DNA of 64,000 nt from Pseudobdellovibrionaceae bacterium (lineage in GTDB: Bacteria; Bdellovibrionota; Bdellovibrionia; Bdellovibrionales; UBA1609), in assembly GCA_015163855.1 (NCBI GenBank), contig JAAOIK010000007.1, positions 28,824 to 92,823 of the forward strand, given 5' to 3'. The position numbers were made by a program, and so were the translations under genes. The notes under the pieces are model-generated. The model saw only the letters and a list, made by a program, of their open reading frames with translations, was not told the DNA's origin and did no database searches. This document shows positions 40,104 to 49,140 of the stretch, in pieces. Each line of letters begins with the position of its first letter. Positions within the stretch are counted from its first letter, which is position 1.

Positions 40104-40508
40104 ATGGGTGCCTCCATAAGAAATAACGACGAACAAATTGCAGAAATTAATATCGTTCCTTTTGTAGATATTATTTTAGTAGTGCTAATTATTTTTATGG
40201 TAACTGCCCCCATGATTATTACCCCTAGTATTAAGATTGATCTACCCAAAGCCAGTTCGGGAACTAAAACCGCAGCTTCTCCGTTAAATATTAGCATCAG
40301 CCGCACAGGAAGAGTCCGTATCAACGGAAAAGTAATTAGTTCAAGGCATATTATTGCAAAAATAAAACGGCTATTAAGAAAAAATAAAAAGTTACAAGCT
40401 ATTATTTCTGCTGACAAAAATGTAGCACATGGTAAAGTAATTTCTGTAATAGATAAGGTAAAATCTGCAGGAATATTTAAGTTTGCCATTTCTATAGATA
40501 AAAAATAA
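40104..40508 (+). CDS. exbD: ExbD/TolR family protein
   Basis: EINIVPFVDIILVVLIIFMVTAPMI (TM with conserved Asp), then IDLPKA. Confidence 0.92.
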   Translation: MGASIRNNDEQIAEINIVPFVDIILVVLIIFMVTAPMIITPSIKIDLPKASSGTKTAASPLNISISRTGRVRINGKVISSRHIIAKIKRLLRKNKKLQAIISADKNVAHGKVISVIDKVKSAGIFKFAISIDKK

Positions 40509-40524
40509 TAAAAAGGAATTTATA

Positions 40525-40962
40525 ATGAAAGACACTTTGCTTTCTCAATTTTACAAAAATACTCTTATAAAAAGCAACAAAGCCATGACTCTTTTAGAGA
40601 TTATGATTGTATTAGCTATTGTTGCCTTAATGGCTTCTTTAATCGGTCCGCAAGTAATAGGACAATTAAATAGCTCTAAAGTGAAAGAAGTAAAAATTCA
40701 AATTTCTGAATTAAGTAAGACTTTAGATATTTTTTACACAGATTGTGGCTTTTACCCTGAAGAATTAACCGCTTTATTAGAAAAACCCAGCAACTGTGAA
40801 AACTGGGGGCCAGATCCTTATATTAAAAAAATTCCAAAAGATGCATGGGGGCAAGAATTTATTTATGAACTAGAAGATAACAAACCCATTATTATCTCCT
40901 ATGGCGAGGACAGAAGAGAAGGTGGCTCAAAAAATGCATCTGACATTTCTTCTGAAGATTAG
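40525..40962 (+). CDS. gspG: Type II secretion major pseudopilin GspG
   Basis: SNKA/MTLLEIMIVLAIVALMASLIGPQVIGQ; CGFYPEELTALLEKP...WGPDPYIKKIPKDAWGQEFIYE. Confidence 0.93.
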   Translation: MKDTLLSQFYKNTLIKSNKAMTLLEIMIVLAIVALMASLIGPQVIGQLNSSKVKEVKIQISELSKTLDIFYTDCGFYPEELTALLEKPSNCENWGPDPYIKKIPKDAWGQEFIYELEDNKPIIISYGEDRREGGSKNASDISSED

Positions 40963-40987
40963 CCACTAGGTAACAATAAAAACATTT

Positions 40988-41605
40988 GTGAGTTTTATAA
41001 AAAATTATTGTTTTTTTATACCTAAAAACAGTAAGGCATTTAGCCTTTTAGAAGTAATGATAGTTTTGGCTATTTTAGCCTCTATTGCTAGCCTGGCTAT
41101 CCCTCAACTATCTAGTCAAAACTATTCTCGCAAAGGTTTTTTTAGAAAGCTTATTGCTTTAGACAAACAATTAAGAAGTTTAGCACAGCTGCAGAACCGC
41201 ACCTATAGAATTAATTTTCAAGTAAATCCATTATCTAAAAAATCGACCACCCTTTTTTGGGTAGATTATAAAAGTGGGCAAGAAACCATAACACCTAATA
41301 AAAACACCAACTCTAAAAATTTAAGCGCTTTTCTTTCGGAATGGACAATGGCAAAAAAAATATTAAAAAAAAAGCAGAAGCTTCCCCACTTGCTAGAAAT
41401 TGTAAACATACAGCTAGAGGGGTTTAAAAAGCCACTACAGTCTGGCTTAATTTCTATTTATTTTTTTCCCCAAGGAGTTACGCAAAAAGCGGTAATACAT
41501 TTTTCTGAAAACAAAAAACAAAAATGGTCTTTTGTAGTGCATACTTTTATTAGTAAAAATAATTTATTAACAAAACACATTTCTTTTAAAGAAGCTTTTC
41601 AATAA
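40988..41605 (+). CDS. gspH: Type II secretion pseudopilin GspH-like
   Basis: NSKA/FSLLEVMIVLAILASIASLAIPQL; position between gspG and gspI. Confidence 0.8.
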   Translation: MSFIKNYCFFIPKNSKAFSLLEVMIVLAILASIASLAIPQLSSQNYSRKGFFRKLIALDKQLRSLAQLQNRTYRINFQVNPLSKKSTTLFWVDYKSGQETITPNKNTNSKNLSAFLSEWTMAKKILKKKQKLPHLLEIVNIQLEGFKKPLQSGLISIYFFPQGVTQKAVIHFSENKKQKWSFVVHTFISKNNLLTKHISFKEAFQ

Positions 41606-41630
41606 GAACAAAACGGTTTAATATTAAGAC

Positions 41631-42128
41631 ATGTCTAGCATTTTTAATAACAAAGGCTTAACGCTAATTGAGGTTTTAATCGCAGTCGCTATTTTAGTTG
41701 GCGGTGTAGTAGTTATTAGCAGTTCTTGGTCGGGAACTTTATTAAAAATTAGAAAAGCAAAAATTTATAATGAAGTACATTATTTATTACAAAAAAAAAT
41801 GGCAGAAATAGAAATTCAATACAAAAGTACTCCTATTAATGAAATACCTGAAGAAATTAGTGGAACTTTTTTAAAGCCTTACGGGAAGTATAAATGGCAA
41901 GTAAAATCACAAAATATGTCTTTGCCCAATTTAAAATCTTTAATTGAAAATCAAAATTCTAGCGAACAGTCTCAAAACATTTTATCTGCGGCTTTATCTC
42001 AATTACAAAAAGCGGTAAAAGAAGTACAAGTTACCGTAATTCTTCCTAATAAGAAAAATACTTTGTCTTATCACCTAGCTACCTACTTTGTAGACTACCA
42101 TGCGGCTTCTAAAATAGGAGGCTTCTGA
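41631..42128 (+). CDS. gspI: Type II secretion pseudopilin GspI
   Basis: NNKG/LTLIEVLIAVAILVGGVVVISSSW; HYLLQKKMAEIE. Confidence 0.88.
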   Translation: MSSIFNNKGLTLIEVLIAVAILVGGVVVISSSWSGTLLKIRKAKIYNEVHYLLQKKMAEIEIQYKSTPINEIPEEISGTFLKPYGKYKWQVKSQNMSLPNLKSLIENQNSSEQSQNILSAALSQLQKAVKEVQVTVILPNKKNTLSYHLATYFVDYHAASKIGGF

Positions 42129-42946
42129 TTTTAAAAAATAATATAGGCTTCACCTTAATAGAAACTTTAATTGCAACTACTATTTTAGCTTTTTTATCTA
42201 TAAATAGTGCCCAAAGCATTAGTCAGGCTTTAAAACAAAAAACAAAAATACAAAGTCGCATAGACGATAATACTGTAATACAACAAAGCTTAAACCTTAT
42301 GGAAAGAGACATAAGTCGTATTTTTAACTATGCCGACATTCCCGAAGCTGTTAATCAATTAAGCCAACTAAACCATTGGAAAAAACAGGTTTTAAGAAAT
42401 AAGCAATTAAAACCTAGCGAACAATTAACTATTATTAAACCCAAGGTAACACCCTTAAGATTTTTATATAAATTTCAAGGCAAAGAAGAGCAAGTTAACT
42501 TTATTAGCGCTAACCAAGCTAGGCTATTTTCTAATCAAAACTTAACCCGCTTGCAAGAAATTAGCTATTATACTGCAAGTTGCAAATCTTCTAAACAAGG
42601 CCTTTGTTTATGGCGAAGAAATTCTTCTGTGATAGATGGCAATGTAGAAAAAGGAGGCCAATCCTTTAGTTTATTATCCAACATAACTAGTTTAAAATTT
42701 CGCTATATTGGAGGTAAGCAAAAAAATCCTGAATGGAAAACAGAATGGCCTTTTTTTTCTGAAGTAAGTACCAACACCCCCCTGCCCTATGCTATAGAAA
42801 TTACTTTGAAAGTTAAAGTTAAAGAAACTGTAAAACAATTTCAAAAAATTGCTTTAATTCATCACCCTGATATTTTTGTTCCAAAAATGAAAATCTCTAC
42901 TTTTACTGCTCCTTCTACTTTAACCCTTCCAGTCTCTAAACCATAA
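42128..42946 (+). CDS. gspJ: Type II secretion pseudopilin GspJ; proposed non-canonical ATT start at 42128
   Basis: In-frame sequence upstream of the track's ATG (42299) reads LILKNNIG/FTLIETLIATTILAFLSINSAQSI, a prepilin leader. No ATG/GTG/TTG is available before it. AGGAGG at 42116-42121 lies 6 nt before ATT 42128. Confidence 0.87.
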   Translation: MLKNNIGFTLIETLIATTILAFLSINSAQSISQALKQKTKIQSRIDDNTVIQQSLNLMERDISRIFNYADIPEAVNQLSQLNHWKKQVLRNKQLKPSEQLTIIKPKVTPLRFLYKFQGKEEQVNFISANQARLFSNQNLTRLQEISYYTASCKSSKQGLCLWRRNSSVIDGNVEKGGQSFSLLSNITSLKFRYIGGKQKNPEWKTEWPFFSEVSTNTPLPYAIEITLKVKVKETVKQFQKIALIHHPDIFVPKMKISTFTAPSTLTLPVSKP

Positions 42947-42958
42947 ACCTAAAACATT

Positions 42959-44182
42959 ATGAAAAAAAATTGCTTTCCATCCCCCTTATTTCTGCTTAAA
43001 AATAACAAAGCTGTTGCTTTACTATTAGCTCTATTTAGCCTTACTATGAGTATTTGGGTGGCCACAGAATTGTCTTATGACTCTAATGTGGAATATGTTT
43101 TAGCTTCACGAAAACTACAAAAATTACAAGCCTACTACGCTGCAAAAGCTGGTGCCAACATTAGTTTGCTAAGAATTTTTTTATTTAAAAAAGCGGTAAA
43201 AACTTTTGCCACAAAAACGGGTGCTTTAGAATCTAGCTTTGAACCCATCTGGAGCTTTCCCCTAGCCTGGCCACCTAGTTTATACCTACCTTCGGATTTT
43301 TCTAAAGATGCCAAAGCGGCTTTTGCGGAGACCGAAAAAGGCTCTTTTATAAAAGCACAATACACAACCAGCATCAGTGTGGAAGATAATAAAGTGGATA
43401 TTAATGATCTAGTTTCTCCATCTAAACTTTTATCTACATTTAGCAAACAACAATTTATTAACATTTTTAAAACAGAGGTAGAAAATAACGAAAAGTTTGG
43501 GGCGAAATATCGTGATTATAACTTTGCCGAGCTAGCCAATAACTTTATAGATTGGATAGACAAAGATTTTGAAAGCTTAAACGGAGGAGATGAAAAATCC
43601 TTTTATGCCGATTGGATAGATCAATATAAATCCATACAAGACACTTCTGATTACATTCCTCCTAATCAATACTTTAAACATATTAGTGAGCTAAGAATGG
43701 TAAGTGCAATGAATGACGATTTTTTTCAATTATTAGAAAATAAAGTGACTTTATTTGGTAGTAAAAAAATTAATTTAAACCATATGGATATTGAACTATT
43801 AAAAAGCTTTCCTTGGGCTACTCCAGAAGTAATCTCTGCTTTTGAAGAAAGGGTAAGTTCTCAAAGTTTTGTTAATGTCGAAGATTTTAAAAGCTTTTTA
43901 AAAGAATTTGATTTAGCCGAAAACGTAGACACATCTATTTTTAGCTTTGACTCTGGTGTCAATTTTCAAATCACTAGTACTGGTATAGTAAACAATACCT
44001 CTTATACCATTAAGCTAATCACTTACGATATAAATGAAACCATAGAGCGATTAAGTGAAATTTTGTTTTTTGAAGAGGAAGAAAAAAACCCTGCCTCACA
44101 AGGGAAAAAACTAAAATATAAAAAAAATAATTACTTTTTGCCCAACAAAAGTCCTGTTGTTGTGCATTGGCAAGAGTTTTAA
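42959..44182 (+). CDS. gspK: Type II secretion minor pseudopilin GspK
   Basis: LLKNNKA/VALLLALFSLTMSIWVATELSYDSNVEY...; DVNDLVSP, NFIDWIDKD, HISELRMV, NLNHMDIELLKSFPWAT. Confidence 0.9.
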   Translation: MKKNCFPSPLFLLKNNKAVALLLALFSLTMSIWVATELSYDSNVEYVLASRKLQKLQAYYAAKAGANISLLRIFLFKKAVKTFATKTGALESSFEPIWSFPLAWPPSLYLPSDFSKDAKAAFAETEKGSFIKAQYTTSISVEDNKVDINDLVSPSKLLSTFSKQQFINIFKTEVENNEKFGAKYRDYNFAELANNFIDWIDKDFESLNGGDEKSFYADWIDQYKSIQDTSDYIPPNQYFKHISELRMVSAMNDDFFQLLENKVTLFGSKKINLNHMDIELLKSFPWATPEVISAFEERVSSQSFVNVEDFKSFLKEFDLAENVDTSIFSFDSGVNFQITSTGIVNNTSYTIKLITYDINETIERLSEILFFEEEEKNPASQGKKLKYKKNNYFLPNKSPVVVHWQEF

Positions 44183-44226
44183 AAAAAAGCTTTTATCTTC
44201 TGACTTTTAAATGCTAAAATTTTTAA

Positions 44227-45813
44227 ATGAAGTATCTTGGGTTAGACATTACATCGACAGAAATTCGAGCTATTTTAATTCAAAAAAATGCCTTGCAATA
44301 TTCTATTATAGAAAAAAAAAGCTTTCCTTTAATACCAAACACAGACGACGCTTTATTAAAAACTTTATTACAGGTGCAATCTTATTTTGCTTATAACGAC
44401 ATACAAACTTGTGTTGGAGTAGAAGCCAGCAAATGCTTTGTTCGTACTTTACAACTTCCCTTTTCTCAAAAATTTAAACTCAATAAAATTTTACCCTTTC
44501 AACTAGAAGAAGAGTTACCAGTAGAGCCCAACAACTTAGCTACAGATATGTTATTTCTAAATAAGTCTAAAGAAAAAGACTCAGAAATTTTAGTGGTAGC
44601 TACTAAGAAAAAAGAATTACAACTATTAATAAAAAATCTTAATGCATTAAACTTTAATTTAGAATCTATAGCCCCTATTCAATTAAGCTTAACTAGTATC
44701 CTTCCTTCTTTTGAGGAAGATTCCTTTGCAAAAAAAACAAAAGTGTATTTAAACTTAGATTTACGCTCTAGCTACCTTAATATAGCAAAAATTTATAATG
44801 GACAGTGTTACATTACTCAATCTACTCCACTTAATTATAGCCTAAGTACATTGATTAAACAGCTGGCCGATAAATACTCTATTTCGTTAGAGCAGGCAGA
44901 AACAGAATTTTTAAAAAATAGCTTTATTGTAATGCCTACTCACTTAAATGGCATTACTCCAGAGCAAAAAGAATTTTCGGATAACATTACATCTCACCTA
45001 CAAGAATTTATTACAGAAATAAAAAAAGAATTTTTAAAATTAAAATTAACCGGTGAAGATTTAGCATCTATAGAAATTTATGGCGAAGCCCTGTGCATAA
45101 AAAATTTGAAACCATTTTTAAAGCAAGAAATAAATATAACTATAACAGACTTTCAAACACAGGTATTGCAATCTCCAGAAGAATTAAGTGCTAAACATGA
45201 TATTAAAAACGCCAAATTTATAAATGCGCTAAGTCTAGCTGTAAGTATGTCTACACCCTTAAAGCAAATCAATTTTTTACAAGGCGAATTATCCCCAAGT
45301 AATCAAAAAATAAAAAAATTTTGGACATCTAATCAGTCAGTAATAAAAATTGGTCTCGCCACATGGACCATTGCCATAATATTTGGATTTTTTAAACAAA
45401 GCATAACCTATAAAATGGCTGATGACAGCTACTTTAATTTAAAAAAGATTGCAAAAAAAACGACTAAATTAAAAGGCAGAAAGTTAAAACTTAGTAGCAT
45501 AAAAAAGATAGTTAAAACTTATAAAAAACAAAAAAACTCGCAAGATTTTTTTTCTCAGCTGCAAAAAGTTAAAACGCCCATTTATTTTTTTAATAAACTT
45601 TCTACTATGCCTCGCACCATTAATGTGAATATTACTTATCTAGATATTTCTACTGTAAAAAAACAAATGACAGTAAAAGGCTATAGCAAAGATAGTGTAT
45701 CTTCTATAAACTTTAAAAGTTATTTACAAAGCATTAGTAAAAATAAAAAGCCTATAGGAAGGGCTGTTAAAACAGGCAGTGGAACTACATTTAACTATAC
45801 TATCCCCTTATAA
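44227..45813 (+). CDS. gspL: Type II secretion GspL/PilM-like protein
   Basis: Actin-like N-terminus MKYLGLDITSTEIRAILI, LPFQLEEELP; late TM segment IGLATWTIAIIFGFF and periplasmic domain; position between gspK and gspM. Confidence 0.85.
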   Translation: MKYLGLDITSTEIRAILIQKNALQYSIIEKKSFPLIPNTDDALLKTLLQVQSYFAYNDIQTCVGVEASKCFVRTLQLPFSQKFKLNKILPFQLEEELPVEPNNLATDMLFLNKSKEKDSEILVVATKKKELQLLIKNLNALNFNLESIAPIQLSLTSILPSFEEDSFAKKTKVYLNLDLRSSYLNIAKIYNGQCYITQSTPLNYSLSTLIKQLADKYSISLEQAETEFLKNSFIVMPTHLNGITPEQKEFSDNITSHLQEFITEIKKEFLKLKLTGEDLASIEIYGEALCIKNLKPFLKQEINITITDFQTQVLQSPEELSAKHDIKNAKFINALSLAVSMSTPLKQINFLQGELSPSNQKIKKFWTSNQSVIKIGLATWTIAIIFGFFKQSITYKMADDSYFNLKKIAKKTTKLKGRKLKLSSIKKIVKTYKKQKNSQDFFSQLQKVKTPIYFFNKLSTMPRTINVNITYLDISTVKKQMTVKGYSKDSVSSINFKSYLQSISKNKKPIGRAVKTGSGTTFNYTIPL

Positions 45814-45815
45814 TT

Positions 45816-46409
45816 ATGAAAGAAAATATCTTAAATCTTATTTCTACCCTGCAAGAACAAGTAAAAGTTTTGTTAATTCAAATTCAAGAACAAACTTTTT
45901 ACAATGTAACAAAAGATTATTACCAAAATTCTTCGGTAATTATTCAAAAAATAATTAAATACAGCTGCCTGGCTTTAAGTGTTTTTATTATTATCTATAT
46001 TCCCTATTCTTTTATAAATGCATCTAATATGGATATTAAAGTATTTTTAGAACATAAAAATTTAGCAGAAAATTTAATTCAATCTAAAACTAAACCGCTA
46101 AAATCGCACCATAGCCATGGCCCCTTTGCTTTTGATAAAATTAAACAAAGTATTGAACAAAAATTACAAAAATTTCAATTATCCACTCAACAAAGCTATA
46201 AAATTAAAAAAATAAATAGCGGATTAATTATTAATGTTCGCTGGTTAAATTTAGAAGAATTTATTACTATATCAAAAATCTTAGAAAAAATTCATCCTCA
46301 ATTAAAAATGACACAGCTAAAGATGACTCCCGAAAGAAGAGAGCTGTATTTTAATACCGTTTTTATATTTAAATATTTTAATATTAAACAAAATATAGCA
46401 AAAAAATAA
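45816..46409 (+). CDS. gspM: Type II secretion GspM-like protein
   Basis: Single N-terminal TM (CLALSVFIIIYIPYSFI), small ferredoxin-like periplasmic part, operon position. Confidence 0.7.
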   Translation: MKENILNLISTLQEQVKVLLIQIQEQTFYNVTKDYYQNSSVIIQKIIKYSCLALSVFIIIYIPYSFINASNMDIKVFLEHKNLAENLIQSKTKPLKSHHSHGPFAFDKIKQSIEQKLQKFQLSTQQSYKIKKINSGLIINVRWLNLEEFITISKILEKIHPQLKMTQLKMTPERRELYFNTVFIFKYFNIKQNIAKK

Positions 46410-46428
46410 AGCTTTACTTTTACAACCC

Positions 46429-47349
46429 ATGTTTATACTAAAAAATCTTTTTTCTATTATAAAAAATAATAAATACTTAATTATCTTAGGCTTAGGCTTA
46501 ACTTTTTTGTTTGTTACTTTATTACTGCCTTATCAAGACATTAACACTTACATCAGTTCGCAAATAAATACTTACACTAATGGAAAAGTACAGTTTACAG
46601 CGAAAAAATTTTTGATATCTCCTTTTATGGAATTGCAATTTATGGACAGTATAACTTCTTACAAAAAAATAGAAGTTCCTATAAAAAAAATTGCTATCAA
46701 ACCTTTGTGGCTACAAAGCTTATTGCTTAATTTTGGCATAGAAGTAAATGCGCATTCTATTTTTGAAGGCAATATACAGCTTGTTGTAAAAAAAAATAAA
46801 AGCAAAAAACACCCCCTAGCTTTTAATGCTTACTTGCAAAATATTTCTTTAGAAAAATTACCACTACCCTTTATTAAATTACATGGAAAAATTTCTGCTA
46901 ATATAAAAACTTTAATAAACCCCCATTGGCTTTATGCTCCTAATATTTATTTAGAAGTAATTAATAACAAAAAAATACAAGTATTTAGATCTAAAATCCC
47001 TAGCCCTTTTGGTCCTATACAAATCCCTTTAATACACTTTTCAAAATTAAAAATAAAAGCCGCTACTCAAAAAGAAGTGCTAAATATTCAAAATCTAGAA
47101 CTGGGCTCCTCCACAGATGCTTTATATATTAAAATAGCCGGTACCGCTGCTTTAACTATTAAAAAACAAAGACGCAAAAATACTCTGTCTATAAAAAATT
47201 ATAAATTATCCGTCTATATTAAAGCGCAACAACCTCCCCCTAGCTGGAAAAGTTTATTGGCTTTACTAGACAATTATAAAACAGGAAATGTGTACCAGTT
47301 TCATATTAAAGGTAATAGCCTTAACGCTATTCCAGAATTAACACGATAA
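46429..47349 (+). CDS. gspN: Type II secretion GspN-like protein
   Basis: N-terminal TM (YLIILGLGLTFLFVTLLLPYQDI) followed by AsmA/GspN-like sequence; last gene of the cluster. Confidence 0.7.
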   Translation: MFILKNLFSIIKNNKYLIILGLGLTFLFVTLLLPYQDINTYISSQINTYTNGKVQFTAKKFLISPFMELQFMDSITSYKKIEVPIKKIAIKPLWLQSLLLNFGIEVNAHSIFEGNIQLVVKKNKSKKHPLAFNAYLQNISLEKLPLPFIKLHGKISANIKTLINPHWLYAPNIYLEVINNKKIQVFRSKIPSPFGPIQIPLIHFSKLKIKAATQKEVLNIQNLELGSSTDALYIKIAGTAALTIKKQRRKNTLSIKNYKLSVYIKAQQPPPSWKSLLALLDNYKTGNVYQFHIKGNSLNAIPELTR

Positions 47350-47522
47350 TCTTTAGCCTTGTTAAATTTGTCGCAGCGCATTGTACACGGCTATTTTACA
47401 GCTTCAGCAGTCTAGAATCCTTATTTCGTTTTTTTTTAATGCACCTGCGCAATAAGACCCTTTAAGTGCTGGATTTTTTTTGCAAACATGCTTATAAAGA
47501 AACACATATATGGAGGATATTT

Positions 47523-47942
47523 ATGAGTTTAAATAAAGCAATGATCATCGGAAGACTAGGTAACAATCCTGAAGTGAAAACTATCTCTACGGGCAACACT
47601 GTAGCTAATTTTAGTATTGCTACCAGTGAAAATTGGCTAAAAGATGGAGAAAAGCAAGAACGAACAGAATGGCACCGCATTGTAGTATGGGGAAAAATGG
47701 CCGACATTTGTGGTAAATACTTGTCTAAAGGCAGCTCTGTATATGTAGAGGGTCGCATTCAAACTCGATCTTGGGAAGATAAAGACGGGCAAAAGCGCTA
47801 CACTACCGAAATTAACGCACAACGGGTTCAATTTTTAGATACAAAAAAATCACAAAATGCTACGACTTCTACGGAAGATCATTTTACTCCAGCTGTATCT
47901 GCTGAGCCACAATTTGATGCTGGCGAAGAAATTCCTTTTTAA
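47523..47942 (+). CDS. ssb: Single-stranded DNA-binding protein
   Basis: [84 protein letters not shown]; acidic tip EEIPF. True start at 47523 after ggagg; the track's ATG at 47466 is upstream. Confidence 0.97.
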   Translation: MSLNKAMIIGRLGNNPEVKTISTGNTVANFSIATSENWLKDGEKQERTEWHRIVVWGKMADICGKYLSKGSSVYVEGRIQTRSWEDKDGQKRYTTEINAQRVQFLDTKKSQNATTSTEDHFTPAVSAEPQFDAGEEIPF

Positions 47943-47980
47943 AATAGCCGTCATCTAGCTATTTTTTTATATTTCAATAA

Positions 47981-48010
47981 AAAGCCTCTAAAATTTAGAG
48001 GCTTTTTTAA
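47981..48010. terminator. Rho-independent terminator after ssb
   Basis: AAGCCTCTAAA/TTTAGAGGCTT perfect hairpin followed by a T run, A run on the other side. Confidence 0.9.
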
Positions 48011-48128
48011 TTAAATACCCTATTATTACCTAGTCCATAGTGTGAACTATACACTTTAAAGCTAGTCAACCGCTCCTTTTTTTTTTAAAATAAGCTAATA
48101 TTAAACCATTTTATTATAAGGTGCTTCT

Positions 48129-49052
48129 ATGAAAAAAATCTTTTATTTAATTATAGTTCCTACTATTTTATCTTTTACTAATAACGCCTTTGCTTATCAT
48201 GTAGTTAAAGTAAAAAATAAAAAAATACTAATTACCTTTTCTCCTGAAGAAAATGTACAAACTAAAGATACTTTTTATGCTATTAATAATACAGGAAAAA
48301 AGAAAGCCATTGTTTTAATCACTAAGGTTAAGGGCAATAAAGCCATAGCTAAAATTTTAAAAGGGCGAGCAGAAAAAGGGTGGACATTGCGCGTGCGTAA
48401 AAGAAGTGTAGTTAGTCGTCCTGTACAACCAGCTAACTCGTATCAGCCCAGAACAAATACCGCGGCTACTTCTTCTTATCCAAAAAAATCTAAAAAACTA
48501 TTTAACCATCTTAGTTTTTTATGGGGCTATTCTTTAAATCGCTTACAAACCTTTGTCAGTCCAAAAACAATAAAGCACTCTGCCTCTTCTTTTTTTAATT
48601 TTGAAACTAGTACTACCCTATTTCTTCCTAAAGAGCCTATGTTTGGTTTAAAAATTTTATCTAGCACCGAAAACTTTACCCTAAAAGCCAAATGTAGTGA
48701 TGGCACTACAACAAGCAATTGCGCAGCTAGCATTGTGTACTTAGGAGGCGGAGCTTTAGCTGTGATTCAAGCTCCTTTAAGCGATAAGTTTAGTTTGTGG
48801 GGTGGCGTGGGTGGAAAGCTGTTATTTCCTGTCTATAAAAAAATAACTACACTAGCAGTAGATTATCACTATCTAGACAAAGCCTCCATTAAACTAACCA
48901 GTGCCTTATTGCTGTCTGGCGGATTCACTTTAGGCTTAAACTCTAAATTTTCTATTCCTTTTAATGTAAATTACACCCTGTTCCCTTCTTCTGCAGAGGT
49001 AAAGGGACACTCTAGCCTTAACTTTCAGACCGGCTTATTGTACCACTTTTAA
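48129..49052 (+). CDS. Exported, probable outer-membrane beta-barrel hypothetical protein
   Basis: Signal peptide MKKIFYLIIVPTILSFTNNAFA; C-terminal half with alternating amphipathic strands ending in LNFQTGLLYHF (terminal Phe). Confidence 0.65.
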   Translation: MKKIFYLIIVPTILSFTNNAFAYHVVKVKNKKILITFSPEENVQTKDTFYAINNTGKKKAIVLITKVKGNKAIAKILKGRAEKGWTLRVRKRSVVSRPVQPANSYQPRTNTAATSSYPKKSKKLFNHLSFLWGYSLNRLQTFVSPKTIKHSASSFFNFETSTTLFLPKEPMFGLKILSSTENFTLKAKCSDGTTTSNCAASIVYLGGGALAVIQAPLSDKFSLWGGVGGKLLFPVYKKITTLAVDYHYLDKASIKLTSALLLSGGFTLGLNSKFSIPFNVNYTLFPSSAEVKGHSSLNFQTGLLYHF

Positions 49053-49140
49053 GTAACAAAGCAGTACTTGCTTTTGAATTTATAAAATATTGTTAGTAAA
49101 AATCATTTACCAGCAATATTTTATAGGGTAAATACTACCC

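Noticed and set aside
41376-41400. Poly-A tracts (for example within gspH) as phase-variation switches
   Set aside because: Runs of 8-9 A are frequent across this AT-rich window, including in housekeeping genes, so there is no specific evidence of phase variation.
47466-47522. Extended N-terminus of ssb ([19 protein letters not shown])
   Set aside because: The conserved SSB sequence starts at [13 protein letters not shown], and a good ribosome-binding site (ggagg) immediately precedes ATG 47523.
47350-47522. Possible structured RNA in the gspN-ssb intergenic region
   Set aside because: I could not draw a convincing conserved-type stem set by eye; covariance analysis across relatives would be decisive.
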